A stretch of 64,000 nucleotides of DNA, taken from a phage. The number at the start of each line of letters is the position of its first letter. Positions within the stretch are counted from its first letter, which is position 1. The notes below the pieces were generated by a model. It did no database searches and was not told the origin of the DNA. It saw only the letters and a list, made by a program, of their open reading frames with translations. This document shows, one piece after another, positions 27,871-38,343 of this stretch. The translations under genes were made by a program, and so were the position numbers. The stretch lies in NCBI GenBank assembly GCA_020381345.1, contig GCA_020381345.1_3636.1. One strand, given 5' to 3'.

Positions 27871-28959
27871 TTAAAACTCCCAAATTTCTTCTTCAGCGTC
27901 ATTAACAGTTGTGTTGACGCGGTAGTCAGTGTTCGACATTTCTTGGTTCGCCGTCTGTTGCAATGAAGGTTTCATCCACACCTGCATAAACGGTAGAGGG
28001 TCCTTTGTTGGCGGCACAAAGTCTTTGTCGATGCCGTAGTAATCATAAATCGGTGAGCAGTTATAGTCAACCCATTCTTTAAGCAACGGTGAGTTAAGAC
28101 CTATAATCGCTCTTCCTTCGCTGAAAATATAGTCACTCCAACCGTACTCTTTGGTTCGTACTTCATCAAGAATCTCTTTTAACTCCCCTTTTATCTCAAG
28201 GAAGCTTTTCTCCCATGCTGGATCATTAAGCAGGATATCAATGATGGCAAAATCACCTTTCGAGTGTAGCATTTCGTCAAGCATGATTTTTTGAACAAGC
28301 TGCGCCACCTGAACAAAAATACCCTGTTCAGCTACTGCGAAAGTGCATGCAAAACTTGCAATAAACTCAATACTTTCCAGAGCTAAAAGTGCAAAAAGCG
28401 CTCTAAGAATGCATTTCCGCACAATATCTTCTTCAACACTAGAAGGATCCAGTCGGTATTTTGCACCAATAACCTCAAGCTCTTGCATGTACTTGACAAT
28501 AACGCCAGATCTGCTCAGAACGTTTTGGTTTTCCTGAATCTCTTCTATAATCTCACGGGCATTGGGGAGGCATTGTCTAACAATCTCTGAGTAAGTTAGT
28601 GCGTGAAGAACTTCAATCTCTGACTGTTTCATCAATAGAGTGAAAAGCTCACTATTAGTGATGAATGGTGAAAAGAGGCAGATGATCGATCTTGCCGCAA
28701 CGCTATCAGCCTCCCATTGCCACATCAAGGTCTGCACCATTACATCATAAGTTGACTTGGAGCATGTTACAAAATCTGAAATAGATTGCGACAAATCCAC
28801 TTCATCCTCTGCCCAGTCTTGTTCTTTTTGTTTTTTGTACAGTTCGAACAGTTGTGGATATTTTTTGTTGATAGAGTCGTACATACCCATTTGCTGTCCC
28901 AGAAACAGCGGATAGTCACCAGTTTTATGAGCGGTGTTCTCAGCATTAAATACAGCCAT
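27871..28959 (-). CDS. nrdB: ribonucleotide reductase small subunit NrdB (about 362 aa)
   Basis: Position after nrdA and size; start placed at ATG 28959 (RBS GAGGTAG) rather than the track start, which overlaps nrdA. Confidence 0.75.
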   Translation of the reverse strand: MAVFNAENTAHKTGDYPLFLGQQMGMYDSINKKYPQLFELYKKQKEQDWAEDEVDLSQSISDFVTCSKSTYDVMVQTLMWQWEADSVAARSIICLFSPFITNSELFTLLMKQSEIEVLHALTYSEIVRQCLPNAREIIEEIQENQNVLSRSGVIVKYMQELEVIGAKYRLDPSSVEEDIVRKCILRALFALLALESIEFIASFACTFAVAEQGIFVQVAQLVQKIMLDEMLHSKGDFAIIDILLNDPAWEKSFLEIKGELKEILDEVRTKEYGWSDYIFSEGRAIIGLNSPLLKEWVDYNCSPIYDYYGIDKDFVPPTKDPLPFMQVWMKPSLQQTANQEMSNTDYRVNTTVNDAEEEIWEF

Positions 28960-28997
28960 TATTCTACCTCTAAAATGGGGCCGAAGCCCCTTTAAAA

Positions 28998-31313
28998 TTA
29001 TAGTGCACAGCTTTCGCAATACGGATCTTCAACTGAACTATCTGCAATCAAAGGATAGTTCTTTCTGGTTTCATCTTCAGCCTGTTTCTTGGCATGAAGT
29101 TCCTCTGCCAAGGAGTCACCCGCACCAACCCTGGAGTTTAAATAATACCATGTCTTCATTCCGAATTTAGTGGCACGGATAAGGTACCCTAGCTGCTCCT
29201 TCATTGAAATTTTACCATCTTTCAACTTGGTGTAGTCTATGTATAAATCCGCGCTGATTGCCTGACCTGTAAATTTTTGAATCACAGCATACATATCGAT
29301 CATGTCGTTAGTATCAACGTCCCAAGCCGAGGTGTAATACTCTTTCAACTCATCATAGTCAGGAACGATAAACAGCACCTGCCCTTGTGGCGACTTTTTA
29401 AAGATAATGTGCTCACGGACAGGATAAACCCCGTTAGTGGTGTTTGTTGCCAGCGAAGAGCTTTCATTAGGCATATATGCTTCAAGAACGCTATTACGTA
29501 GCCCACCATTTTCAATGATTTCTTTACGTAACCCTTCCCAATCCTGTTTAAGAGAAGGATCTTTCACCACGCTATCGACCTCTTTGTTATAGGTGTCGAT
29601 TGGTAACCAACCCTCCGGGTATTTTGTTTTATGCATCCACTCACAGACACCACGCTCTTTTGCCAATCGTAAACTTGCCTTATGCAAACTGTAGCTGTGA
29701 AGTTCTGCAAGATCGTGAACAAGCTGTTTACTTTCAGGAGATCCGTAAGTAACCTTGTGGCTGGCAATAAAATGTGCAACATTGGTAAGGCCAACTCCGA
29801 TGGATCTGCGTTTTTTAACAGTGCTCTCCATATTTTCATACGGATATGTCATGATTTCCATAACATTGTCAATCATAAGCACCGTGTAATATGCAACATC
29901 CTCATACTCCTCTGGGGTAACCCTTCCAGCTACAAGGGATGACAGGAAGCACAATGCAACTTCGCCATCATCAACATCGTGCTTGAAGATATTACGCATA
30001 TCTGAATAGCCTTTTGTCGGGAGGGCTATTTCTGCACACAGGTTACTTGAATAGATCACATCTTTAAAAGGTGTATGTCTATTCATCTCGTCTGTCCAGT
30101 ATACGAACAGCCTTCCAACCTCAGTACGCTGCGTGAGCAGTTCAACAGCAAGATCTCTAGCTCGGATCCATGTTTTAGGAATACTGTCATCTTTAGCGAT
30201 ACGATCAACCTCTGCATCAAACTCCTCCATAGACATGGTGAAGATACCCTCATGCAGTTGAGGCGCGTGCTTATAAGAAACAAGCATCCAATCTAAATTC
30301 TTAGCCACACGGTTGATAAACGACCTGTTAATACCTATAGAGTAGTCCATGGTGTTGATTCTTTTTGAAGCAACAGTCATAGGGTTTCTCAAACGGATTA
30401 GTTCATCAATCTGCGGATCCAGTGCAAGGAATGATACTGTTGCAGAACCGCCACGTGATTGTTGTCTGTTCTCCTTAACCCCAGCATCAATACCTCGATA
30501 ATATGGAATCTTACCCATATGTTTAATAGTGTTACCACGAACACCATCGCCTGCAGATCTTGAGGATAAGTAGTAGCCGATACCTGCCTGGTTAACCGTC
30601 ATTGTGTACGCAACTTCACGTGCCACACCAATAGATTTTGCTGTATCGTCAGCTTTTATTACACAACAAGATGCATACCCTGTCTTACCTGTGCGCAGCC
30701 CGTTTAAGTACGGTGTCGGGGCATTGATCTTTAAGTCGGACAGATAAGTGTATAATTTTACAACATCGTTGATACGACGTTCTTTCGGCATATTCTTCAT
30801 GACAGCCATTGCTATCCCCATAAACATCATCTGGGGAGATTCAAACAGGGTGTCTTTAAGAGTATCTTTGATCCCGTATTTGTCGCGAAACTGTTTAAGG
30901 ACTGCATAGCCGTAACCGAGATCTTTACTGTGGTCAATAACAGCGCCTAAAGTGTTTAGCTCGGTAAAGCTATAACCCATATCCTCCCAATACCCTTTCT
31001 CAACCATGTCGTTGTAAAATGATGGTAAGGAAGGGATCTTTGTAAACCCTCCAAAAGCCTCTTTATAAATCTGACCAATAAGAACACGACCAGCCATACG
31101 GGAATGTGCTTCGTCTTTACGGCTAACACAGGAGTCTATGATAGCTTGGTTAACTTCTTTGGTCGTACATCCATCATACAGTCGTTTGTATGCATCCAGT
31201 GCAATATGTGACCAATTTCCGTTACCGTCGTCACCGAAAATAGCTGCCTTATTTAAACGTTCTGGATCGAATGCCACTTCACATCCGTTGCTTTTAATTA
31301 CCTTGGTGATCAA
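28998..31313 (-). CDS. nrdA: ribonucleotide reductase large subunit NrdA (771 aa)
   Basis: Size, C-terminal CESCAL-type tail and adjacency to nrdB. Confidence 0.85.
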   Translation of the reverse strand: MITKVIKSNGCEVAFDPERLNKAAIFGDDGNGNWSHIALDAYKRLYDGCTTKEVNQAIIDSCVSRKDEAHSRMAGRVLIGQIYKEAFGGFTKIPSLPSFYNDMVEKGYWEDMGYSFTELNTLGAVIDHSKDLGYGYAVLKQFRDKYGIKDTLKDTLFESPQMMFMGIAMAVMKNMPKERRINDVVKLYTYLSDLKINAPTPYLNGLRTGKTGYASCCVIKADDTAKSIGVAREVAYTMTVNQAGIGYYLSSRSAGDGVRGNTIKHMGKIPYYRGIDAGVKENRQQSRGGSATVSFLALDPQIDELIRLRNPMTVASKRINTMDYSIGINRSFINRVAKNLDWMLVSYKHAPQLHEGIFTMSMEEFDAEVDRIAKDDSIPKTWIRARDLAVELLTQRTEVGRLFVYWTDEMNRHTPFKDVIYSSNLCAEIALPTKGYSDMRNIFKHDVDDGEVALCFLSSLVAGRVTPEEYEDVAYYTVLMIDNVMEIMTYPYENMESTVKKRRSIGVGLTNVAHFIASHKVTYGSPESKQLVHDLAELHSYSLHKASLRLAKERGVCEWMHKTKYPEGWLPIDTYNKEVDSVVKDPSLKQDWEGLRKEIIENGGLRNSVLEAYMPNESSSLATNTTNGVYPVREHIIFKKSPQGQVLFIVPDYDELKEYYTSAWDVDTNDMIDMYAVIQKFTGQAISADLYIDYTKLKDGKISMKEQLGYLIRATKFGMKTWYYLNSRVGAGDSLAEELHAKKQAEDETRKNYPLIADSSVEDPYCESCAL

Positions 31314-31618
31314 TTTGCTTCCTCCACTTCATTAACGTATTTATCAAGGCAGGTATCAGTATCTTGCTGGATAAAGGTATCCTCTTCTACAGAGATATTT
31401 ATAATTTTACCTGTATACTCGTCATAATAAACATCATCATACATTTTAATATCGTTTGTCAGGCCGTTGAACCAAAGCCAACCAACATATTCTGCCCGAC
31501 TTGCAAAACCAAGATCCTTCCACTTGGAGTTATGGCTCATCTTCACCACCTTAGCTTTCAATACCGAATAATTTTTCCAGGCGATGCAGATCTTCAAAAT
31601 TGAAAGGTTCATCAACAA
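31310..31618 (-). CDS. hypothetical protein (102 aa)
   Basis: ORF track; start overlaps next gene. Confidence 0.45.
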   Translation of the reverse strand: MLMNLSILKICIAWKNYSVLKAKVVKMSHNSKWKDLGFASRAEYVGWLWFNGLTNDIKMYDDVYYDEYTGKIINISVEEDTFIQQDTDTCLDKYVNEVEEAN

Positions 31619-32051
31619 TATGAATATCTTCAGCCTTTTCAGATTGTTTTGTATACTTTCTTACATTAACACGATCCTCTACTGGGATATCATACGGGAG
31701 ATCTTGAACAAGCATTGCCTCACCAGGTGCTTTATCCACATCTAAAATATCTACACCGTTATACATTTGCGGGTATCTAAAGTCTGCACGCATGACACCA
31801 GCAAATACATCTGCCTTTCGATAATGTGTTGGCTTATTTTTGCATCGAACGTTTTTTCCACGAAGAACATCAATACTTTTTAAATCAAACCCTACGGCAA
31901 AGAGTGCAGCTCGGAGACCGTTTCGTGTGCGAACGTTAAACCCGGGAACGGTAGATAGGAAATCCAAAGTAACTGAAATAAATGTCTTTTTAGGAATCAT
32001 AACATTACTCATATCTGTCTCCATTTCTGGCTCACTAACAAAGTGAGCCAT
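31551..32051 (-). CDS. hypothetical protein (166 aa or shorter)
   Basis: ORF track. Confidence 0.45.
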   Translation of the reverse strand: MAHFVSEPEMETDMSNVMIPKKTFISVTLDFLSTVPGFNVRTRNGLRAALFAVGFDLKSIDVLRGKNVRCKNKPTHYRKADVFAGVMRADFRYPQMYNGVDILDVDKAPGEAMLVQDLPYDIPVEDRVNVRKYTKQSEKAEDIHIVDEPFNFEDLHRLEKLFGIES

Positions 32052-32110
32052 TATTATAGATTATCTGATACTATTAGTCAACACAAAAGTTACCTATCGC
32101 TGTGATAGGA

Positions 32111-33094
32111 TTAACCTTTCACGAAGTGGTTATTAAGCAGTTGTCTGTGCTGAACCCACCCACAAAAGTTGGCAGACCAGAATTTACCATCACGGTCTTG
32201 ATGGGTTACACCTTCCTGCCAAGTACTGATGTCTTGTGTGATTTCACATGAAGACAGGTAGTAGTTTAAACGTTCCATTGCGTTATCGTGATCCATAGGT
32301 GTTGCCTGGTGCTCGTAAGGGCTTGCATGAATACGATCCCCACCAATCAATTTTTTAGCCACACTGTCTGCCTTTTCAAACGTGCTGTCAATATTTCGAT
32401 AAGATACTTGTGCACAGCAACTAGCACTGATAGACAGAGCTTCTTTAGTATCGAGAATGCAGAGCTTTCCTTCTGTGTCACGCACAGCGTAGTTAAACTC
32501 TCCGTCCAAATAAACGTGCTCTACATATGGGGTGTGCCATTGACCCGGTTTAAGGATTTCAGGAGTGCTATTCCCAAGAGCCTCCCACATACAATTAGCC
32601 AACATCTGAATCGTAGGATCCGCATCGTGCCAGCAACGGAGGTGGAAAAAATTATTCCATTCGGTGCTTGTTACAACTGTTTTCATTCGCTGAAAAGGCT
32701 CCACTAGGCGGTTACATACTTGCTTATGATAACCAGCAAGGGCGAACTTCTCTGCATGCCAAGCGGCGTTTTTTGCAGCTTCTTTCCAAAACTCTTCAGG
32801 AGTTAGCTCTATGTCAGTGTACTCTACACGGATCTTTTGATCGTGTTCCCCACCATCTTCCATTCCTCGCTTATTTACACCGAAGCGAACTGGCATTGCC
32901 GGATTCTCCAAAATCTGCTGCAGCATCTTGCCGAAAGGAACTGCACGGGAAGACATGGCGTTTCGGCTGAACACTCGGTGCGTCATAAGCTCTGAGTGAA
33001 TAATTCGAGGATACTCTAGCTCAAAAGTGGTGATACGCTTACCTTTCTCGGAAATGCTGTCAGCAATGATCTTTGCAGTGCACAGTTTTAGCAT
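32111..33094 (-). CDS. thyX: FAD-dependent thymidylate synthase ThyX-like (327 aa)
   Basis: ThyX-type motif HRVFSRNAMSSR; sits in the nucleotide metabolism cluster. Confidence 0.7.
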   Translation of the reverse strand: MLKLCTAKIIADSISEKGKRITTFELEYPRIIHSELMTHRVFSRNAMSSRAVPFGKMLQQILENPAMPVRFGVNKRGMEDGGEHDQKIRVEYTDIELTPEEFWKEAAKNAAWHAEKFALAGYHKQVCNRLVEPFQRMKTVVTSTEWNNFFHLRCWHDADPTIQMLANCMWEALGNSTPEILKPGQWHTPYVEHVYLDGEFNYAVRDTEGKLCILDTKEALSISASCCAQVSYRNIDSTFEKADSVAKKLIGGDRIHASPYEHQATPMDHDNAMERLNYYLSSCEITQDISTWQEGVTHQDRDGKFWSANFCGWVQHRQLLNNHFVKG

Positions 33095-33294
33095 TATTTA
33101 GCTCTCCTTGTTTTAATTTTGGAAATTTCGTCTGGGTTTATATTGGCCTTAAATGCAAGGTATCTGTTAAACATATCAGAGCACATATCTTGGGTGATCC
33201 TGGAGGCATACACTAGCTTACCCCCCAGATCATATACCTCCAGCCAGTCACCGTATCTGACTACAGGATCGCCACCTTTAGAACATCTGCCCAT
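33094..33294 (-). CDS. hypothetical protein (66 aa)
   Basis: ORF track. Confidence 0.45.
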   Translation of the reverse strand: MGRCSKGGDPVVRYGDWLEVYDLGGKLVYASRITQDMCSDMFNRYLAFKANINPDEISKIKTRRAK

Positions 33295-33295
33295 T

Positions 33296-33889
33296 TCAAA
33301 TACCTTCTAAAAACTTTCCTATTTTATACCAACTATTAGCGGTATAGTCAACACTGACCTTTAACTCCTCGAATTGCTCATAAGGCGTATCTTTTAGGAT
33401 TTTAATAACTTCAGGTCGTGAAGCGAATTGGTTAAGGTATTCATGCCTGTCGTCAATTATAACATCTACAGCCACATTTCCTTTGAAATGTGTGGCGTAG
33501 AAGCCGTGACCCTGGGTGTGATCGTCCAGATCCATAAAATCACTGGTCCAACGCTTTAAGAACCTTGATTTAGATGCAAGGTGACCTTTCTTGCATACCG
33601 AGATAAATGCAAGCTTGTGACCACGAGCCACCAAATCTTTCATAACCTCAATAGCCCCCTCTTCAGGCTTAAGAAAGTCGTAGAGGAATGGGTCACTCCA
33701 GAAATCAAAAGGCCCTATGATGTTTTCTTTGGGGCGATCAGGCCAATACTTTGACAGATCGTAATACATCAGTCCATTAGAAGGTTTAGCGACTGTCTTA
33801 CTGGCTGGACCATACAAACGCTCCAACCACTCCCACCATGCTGTTCCTGAATCTACCAGTGTCAAATCTACATCAATTCCGATTAACAT
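33296..33889 (-). CDS. HAD-superfamily phosphatase, possible 5'(3')-deoxyribonucleotidase (197 aa)
   Basis: HAD motif I GIDVDLTLVDS. Confidence 0.55.
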   Translation of the reverse strand: MLIGIDVDLTLVDSGTAWWEWLERLYGPASKTVAKPSNGLMYYDLSKYWPDRPKENIIGPFDFWSDPFLYDFLKPEEGAIEVMKDLVARGHKLAFISVCKKGHLASKSRFLKRWTSDFMDLDDHTQGHGFYATHFKGNVAVDVIIDDRHEYLNQFASRPEVIKILKDTPYEQFEELKVSVDYTANSWYKIGKFLEGI

Positions 33890-34500
33890 TCTTCTTGGGC
33901 CTCTTTAGCATCAATATACTTGCACACAATCTCCGATGCACACTCCCAAGGTGCACCTTCAGGGTTTACAACATCGAACTCAATCCCTTTTATTCCGTTC
34001 TTTTCCAGACTTAGATAGGTTCTGGAATCATTTCCCCAGTCATATCCGACACGGTGAATACGGAACAACAACAGATCTCCACCTGTGCTGTATGCGTACT
34101 CGCTAAGGCATGCCAGCTCCTCTTTGAAGCCACCATCGGAGTAAACAACAACCCCTTTACCTTTAGGGAAATCTTTCTTCAAAGATTCGACTGCGGATTT
34201 ACCGAAAGCATCTTCACCAAAAATAGGTTTAATCAGATTTTCACTACAATGGATCATCCATTCTCGCGGAGAAACATGCTTGCCGTCTATCATTAAGAAA
34301 GGGCAAGGCTCTTCTTTGTAGTGGCGGTCATAAAGTGCATTCCAGAGCTGAGGAGTTACACCAGCTGCCTTAATTACCACACTGAATAGCAGCTCCTTAA
34401 CCTCACGGTGGTGTGAGTTAGGAATAGCTTCCAACAAGAGATCTGCAATGTGATCCTTACCACTACTAGGTGGGGCGTTAAGAACAATAATATCCATCAA
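33883..34500 (-). CDS. P-loop nucleotide kinase-like protein, possible dNMP kinase (205 aa)
   Basis: Walker A-like NAPPSSGKD near the N-terminus. Confidence 0.4.
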   Translation of the reverse strand: MMDIIVLNAPPSSGKDHIADLLLEAIPNSHHREVKELLFSVVIKAAGVTPQLWNALYDRHYKEEPCPFLMIDGKHVSPREWMIHCSENLIKPIFGEDAFGKSAVESLKKDFPKGKGVVVYSDGGFKEELACLSEYAYSTGGDLLLFRIHRVGYDWGNDSRTYLSLEKNGIKGIEFDVVNPEGAPWECASEIVCKYIDAKEAQEEC

Positions 34501-34700
34501 AAACCTCCGTGGTATTCTTCAACTGCATCAATAATACTTTTACACTTATCTACCAGCTCGTTAGCCACTACAGCATCGTCTTCCCAAACAGCTTCCTCAA
34601 TCTGATCAAGCAATGATCGCATCTTGCCCATCATTTCTGGGATAAAGTTTTCTGAAAAGCTGTCTGGAATTGTTAACTTTAGTGTCATTGCGGTCTCCAA
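34497..34700 (-). CDS. hypothetical acidic protein (67 aa)
   Basis: ORF track. Confidence 0.45.
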   Translation of the reverse strand: METAMTLKLTIPDSFSENFIPEMMGKMRSLLDQIEEAVWEDDAVVANELVDKCKSIIDAVEEYHGGF

Positions 34701-34715
34701 CCATTCTATGCGTTA

Positions 34716-35174
34716 TTAGAAGTTTGTTTTTACACGTCCCTTTTCATCAACCTCGTTGTTAGCTAAAAGCGTTACAAAGTCTGTGAAACGGACATGAAGA
34801 ACTCTTTTCTTATCAAGGTATCCTAAAGCCACCCCTGAGAAATTTAGCATCAAAGGGGCTAAAGAAGCTCTGGCACTGAAATGCTGTTGTTCTACCCTTC
34901 CAACACCCTTAGTGTAGGATGGGTTAAGATTGTAAGTTCTGAATCCTAGTTTTGTTGGAGCTTTAGAATTAAAAACAACTTTATAGCGTTTCTTACTCAA
35001 CTTATGCTCCAAGATAAGCATTCCCTTATCACCCTTGATAAGTTGAAAATCTGTAAAGTGCTCTTTTAAGACGAAAGGTAGTGCCAGCCCCATCGCCTGC
35101 CCCCTTTGTACCGCTGTCTCACCAAAAGCTTTTGCATCAGTAAGTTCTTTGGTCAAGTCTATGCTTTTGATCAT
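34716..35174 (-). CDS. hypothetical protein (152 aa)
   Basis: ORF track. Confidence 0.5.
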   Translation of the reverse strand: MIKSIDLTKELTDAKAFGETAVQRGQAMGLALPFVLKEHFTDFQLIKGDKGMLILEHKLSKKRYKVVFNSKAPTKLGFRTYNLNPSYTKGVGRVEQQHFSARASLAPLMLNFSGVALGYLDKKRVLHVRFTDFVTLLANNEVDEKGRVKTNF

Positions 35175-35955
35175 ATCTGGTCTCCAAAATGTATTGTAGT
35201 TCTTTCTTGCCTATACTCTTCATTCCAGCAGTCTTACCTGCTTCTTCTTGAAAAGAAGAATAGCATTCAGCAAACACTCTGTCAACACCGTCAACTAAAG
35301 ATTTTATGAAATATGTAGATTCTTCAGATTTTGGATCATCATCGCCCAATACTTTTCCAGCGTTATACCCAACACGTCTTACACAGAAGTCGTAGTCATC
35401 CGGTGTGCTAAAAGAAAATAACTTATTCTCTCCAATCTCTACAGGATCCCTATTGCACGCCTTTTTCTCCCAAATTTGGAAAACACATGGCACGTCATAA
35501 GGTTTGCCATTAAGTAAAAACGAGTTCTTAGGGCACCTTTCGCTGTAGACAAGGTGCATAGACATGTCCAGTTTGTTTGCAAAAAATATTTTTTCAAATG
35601 TCCGTGGCAAGATGAAGGCTATAGCCCCGCCAAGCTCTAGCAATGATGCACAATGGTTAAAGAATTTGCAAGCTAAAGATGAATTCTTGCCAAATGGTGG
35701 GTTACCTATGAAGACATCTGCCTTGGGATGCACCTCCAAGAAGTTTGCCTGAATGCACTGTGTTGGCCCTTCAAATTCAGGATCTGGTACTAAATCGTAC
35801 GACAGTATCTCTGAAAATAGTTTTGAAAAAGAACCCCTTCCAGCAGAAGGCTCAACGTATGCACAATTCCCATACTTATCTTTTACTCTACCAACAAGAT
35901 ATTCTGCATACTCAGGGTTTGTGTAGTATTTGTCGTTAGACTCTTTCTTGCTCAA
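35137..35955 (-). CDS. N6-adenine DNA methyltransferase
   Basis: Motifs EPSAGRGSF and VFIGNPPFG; the track N-terminus reads through a terminator hairpin, so a TTG start at 35955 with RBS GGAGG is proposed. Confidence 0.65.
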   Translation of the reverse strand: MSKKESNDKYYTNPEYAEYLVGRVKDKYGNCAYVEPSAGRGSFSKLFSEILSYDLVPDPEFEGPTQCIQANFLEVHPKADVFIGNPPFGKNSSLACKFFNHCASLLELGGAIAFILPRTFEKIFFANKLDMSMHLVYSERCPKNSFLLNGKPYDVPCVFQIWEKKACNRDPVEIGENKLFSFSTPDDYDFCVRRVGYNAGKVLGDDDPKSEESTYFIKSLVDGVDRVFAECYSSFQEEAGKTAGMKSIGKKELQYILETRYDQKHRLDQRTY

Positions 35956-35961
35956 AGTGCC

Positions 35962-35992
35962 TCCAAAAGGAAAAGGGAGGCGCAAGCCTCCC
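35962..35992 (-). terminator. rho-independent terminator
   Basis: Minus-strand stem GGGAGGC/GCCTCCC followed by TTTTCCTTTT, just after the exonuclease gene. Confidence 0.6.
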
Positions 35993-36000
35993 TCTACTTG

Positions 36001-36984
36001 TTAGATTATCTGAATCAGGGTGTTTTTCATCTCTTCTCGGGTACGGATGTTGTTACGATCACGAACAACAGATCCACAACCTTCACAGCGGTATGTTTTA
36101 AATGCACTCAGCTGAGTATATGCCAAAGCTTCTTCCTCGTGAAGGTGTTCTCCACCACAGCGTGGGCAACGAACCTTTGGCTCCTCGTCCTGGTAGTACA
36201 ATGACATGTTTGGGTGCTGCTTAGCAAACGGGCGAGCCAGCAAATACAAGCCTTCCAGAGACAGGATATCACCAACATTATACTCCCGCATCTGTTTAAA
36301 TGCCTCAAGATCGCCATGGACACACTTGATCCACATTTCAAATGTGTGGTCAATCAGTTTCTGTCGGGCCAGTTGGAAGTATTTGCATGCATACTCTAAA
36401 GTGTTTGCATTCAAACGGAATGCCTTCTTGATCATTTTAAGGGTGTCAACCTCTTTGTAGGAGCTTGTTGGAGGCAACCCGTGAAATGCAAATCGTTGGT
36501 TGGCCCACCCACAGTCAAAACCTGAATTGTGGGCTACTGCGACATCGCATTTATCAAGATAATACCACAAGTCCTGAATCAATTCAAGATCATTGTGAAT
36601 ATCTTCGCCCCACATTTTATAATCAGGAAGAGCGCAGTCAACCACACTAGGACTGTCTAACCACTTACCTGCGAAAGTTAGCATATATGGCATAATTTCA
36701 ATACCGCAGGTTTGAATGTTGGTCTTATAGTGCCCAAAGAACCAGCCGTTTGTTGGAGATGTCTCTGTATCATACACCCAAACTTTAGCACCTTTGTGCT
36801 CTTCAAGGAAGCGCTCCGTTGCTTCTCCTACAATCTCTGACATATTCTCTTGTGCACGTTTAAGCTGCAGTCGGATCCAGCTCTCACGTGACTCACGGCC
36901 TAAAAATTCACGAGCAATTTGTCTATTAGTGTATCCCTGTTGCTTTAGTGTTAAAATTTGCTCAAGAGTTAACTTTGTCATCAT
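36001..36984 (-). CDS. DnaQ-like 3'-5' exonuclease with N-terminal HTH (327 aa)
   Basis: Exo motifs VWVYDTETS and AHNSGFD; N-terminal GYTNRQIAREF; C-terminal CPRCG..CEGCG zinc ribbon. Confidence 0.6.
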   Translation of the reverse strand: MMTKLTLEQILTLKQQGYTNRQIAREFLGRESRESWIRLQLKRAQENMSEIVGEATERFLEEHKGAKVWVYDTETSPTNGWFFGHYKTNIQTCGIEIMPYMLTFAGKWLDSPSVVDCALPDYKMWGEDIHNDLELIQDLWYYLDKCDVAVAHNSGFDCGWANQRFAFHGLPPTSSYKEVDTLKMIKKAFRLNANTLEYACKYFQLARQKLIDHTFEMWIKCVHGDLEAFKQMREYNVGDILSLEGLYLLARPFAKQHPNMSLYYQDEEPKVRCPRCGGEHLHEEEALAYTQLSAFKTYRCEGCGSVVRDRNNIRTREEMKNTLIQII

Positions 36985-36996
36985 CGTTAAGATTCC

Positions 36997-37218
36997 TTAG
37001 TAAAACTGAAGAATGTCTTTTAAAGCGAAGTCACGATATTCGCCCTTGTCTACATCGAAGGCACGCATCAACCACTGCTCTTCTTTATGATACTCTGTAG
37101 AGCCAAACCATAAATTAGGCTCAGTAACGCAGCGATCTGCAACAACACCTTTCCAGTTACGGTATTTCATCCTGATCAGGACTGAGTCGCAAGGATTGAA
37201 TACCTTTTTCATCCCCAT
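36997..37218 (-). CDS. hypothetical protein (73 aa)
   Basis: ORF track. Confidence 0.45.
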   Translation of the reverse strand: MGMKKVFNPCDSVLIRMKYRNWKGVVADRCVTEPNLWFGSTEYHKEEQWLMRAFDVDKGEYRDFALKDILQFY

Positions 37219-37762
37219 AGAAATCTCTCTCCTCAGTTTTCTTTATAAACTCTTGCATGTAGAACTCAATAGCCTCATGCTTGGTGCACTCCGGATCAAT
37301 GACAAGATTGAGATCTGATTCTGCTCGTGCAATAATCGTAGCTTTAGAGCATCTCCTCAAGAACTTTGTCATATCATCTCTGTAGTTTTTGTGGAGCGGG
37401 AAGTCGCTGTAGTCTTTCTCCAAATAGTCAGCCATCCGGCGCAACGCCTCTGATAAACTGCAATCTGTATACTCGTTACAGTATTTCATCCAGTATTTAA
37501 GCACATACCCCTCAAAGGTATTAGTGCATTGAGACAAAACACCCCTGCAACGACCAGTCAGATGATCATGATCTAAACAAGGCTTACGAAGTGGCTCGCA
37601 CAAGATCGGATCAAGACCATCCTGCTCCTCTGACAATTCTTTTCGAAAGTTGGCTATGTCCTTAGAATCTTTTAACCACCCGTTATGAACTGGGGCTTTG
37701 ACAGCTTTCTTTCTTATTTTACGCTTTGCGATAATCCCTCCAGATGAGCCCTGCCTATCCAA
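37157..37762 (-). CDS. endonuclease VII-like resolvase (HNH-type)
   Basis: Motif CEPLRKPCLDHDHLTGRCRGVLSQCTN resembles the T4 endonuclease VII signature; true start probably internal. Confidence 0.55.
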   Translation of the reverse strand: MDRQGSSGGIIAKRKIRKKAVKAPVHNGWLKDSKDIANFRKELSEEQDGLDPILCEPLRKPCLDHDHLTGRCRGVLSQCTNTFEGYVLKYWMKYCNEYTDCSLSEALRRMADYLEKDYSDFPLHKNYRDDMTKFLRRCSKATIIARAESDLNLVIDPECTKHEAIEFYMQEFIKKTEERDFYGDEKGIQSLRLSPDQDEIP

Positions 37763-38343
37763 TAAGCATCTGCGAGATCGGCCTTACCTTGTACCAAATT
37801 GATCCCGTCTAGGAACCCAGGTTCAGATACTTCGCAGGCCTTAACCATCAACTTTTTATCCATTGTAACAGGTTTCTTCACAGTATGCTCTTTACCTGTC
37901 TTTTTGTCAAGCTTTTTCTTCTCCTCAAAAGCAAGTTCTTCAGGAAGATGACTACGAGCAAACTTTTTGGCAGTTGTTGGTGTCACTGTGTGGACCTTAA
38001 ACAGGCCGTCATTTTCACAATCAGCTAAGGCATCCCAAAGCATAATTTCAAGACCGTAAAACAACCCAGCCAGTTCACGTGTGGCATCCCCGCGTGATCC
38101 AAAGGAAAGCCCTTCCATAACCACGGTGTCAACGTGATGCGTGTGGATATAATATCTGACCTGTTTGCAGATCCAGTCAATACGCTCAGCAGCTGTTGCA
38201 AAAGAAACCGTCCCTGGTTTCTTCTCTTTTGCAGATGAGCTTTGAGTTCGTAACACAACCTTATGAACAGGCTTTCCATCGTCCCATACAACGCAAGCTG
38301 TGTGTGTCAACGACTGGTCTATGGATAATAGACGCTCTCTCAT
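37714..38343 (-). CDS. RuvC-like Holliday junction resolvase (209 aa)
   Basis: N-terminal LSIDQSLTHTACVVWDDG and VVMEGLSFGSRG resemble RuvC-fold motifs. Confidence 0.55.
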   Translation of the reverse strand: MRERLLSIDQSLTHTACVVWDDGKPVHKVVLRTQSSSAKEKKPGTVSFATAAERIDWICKQVRYYIHTHHVDTVVMEGLSFGSRGDATRELAGLFYGLEIMLWDALADCENDGLFKVHTVTPTTAKKFARSHLPEELAFEEKKKLDKKTGKEHTVKKPVTMDKKLMVKACEVSEPGFLDGINLVQGKADLADAYWIGRAHLEGLSQSVK

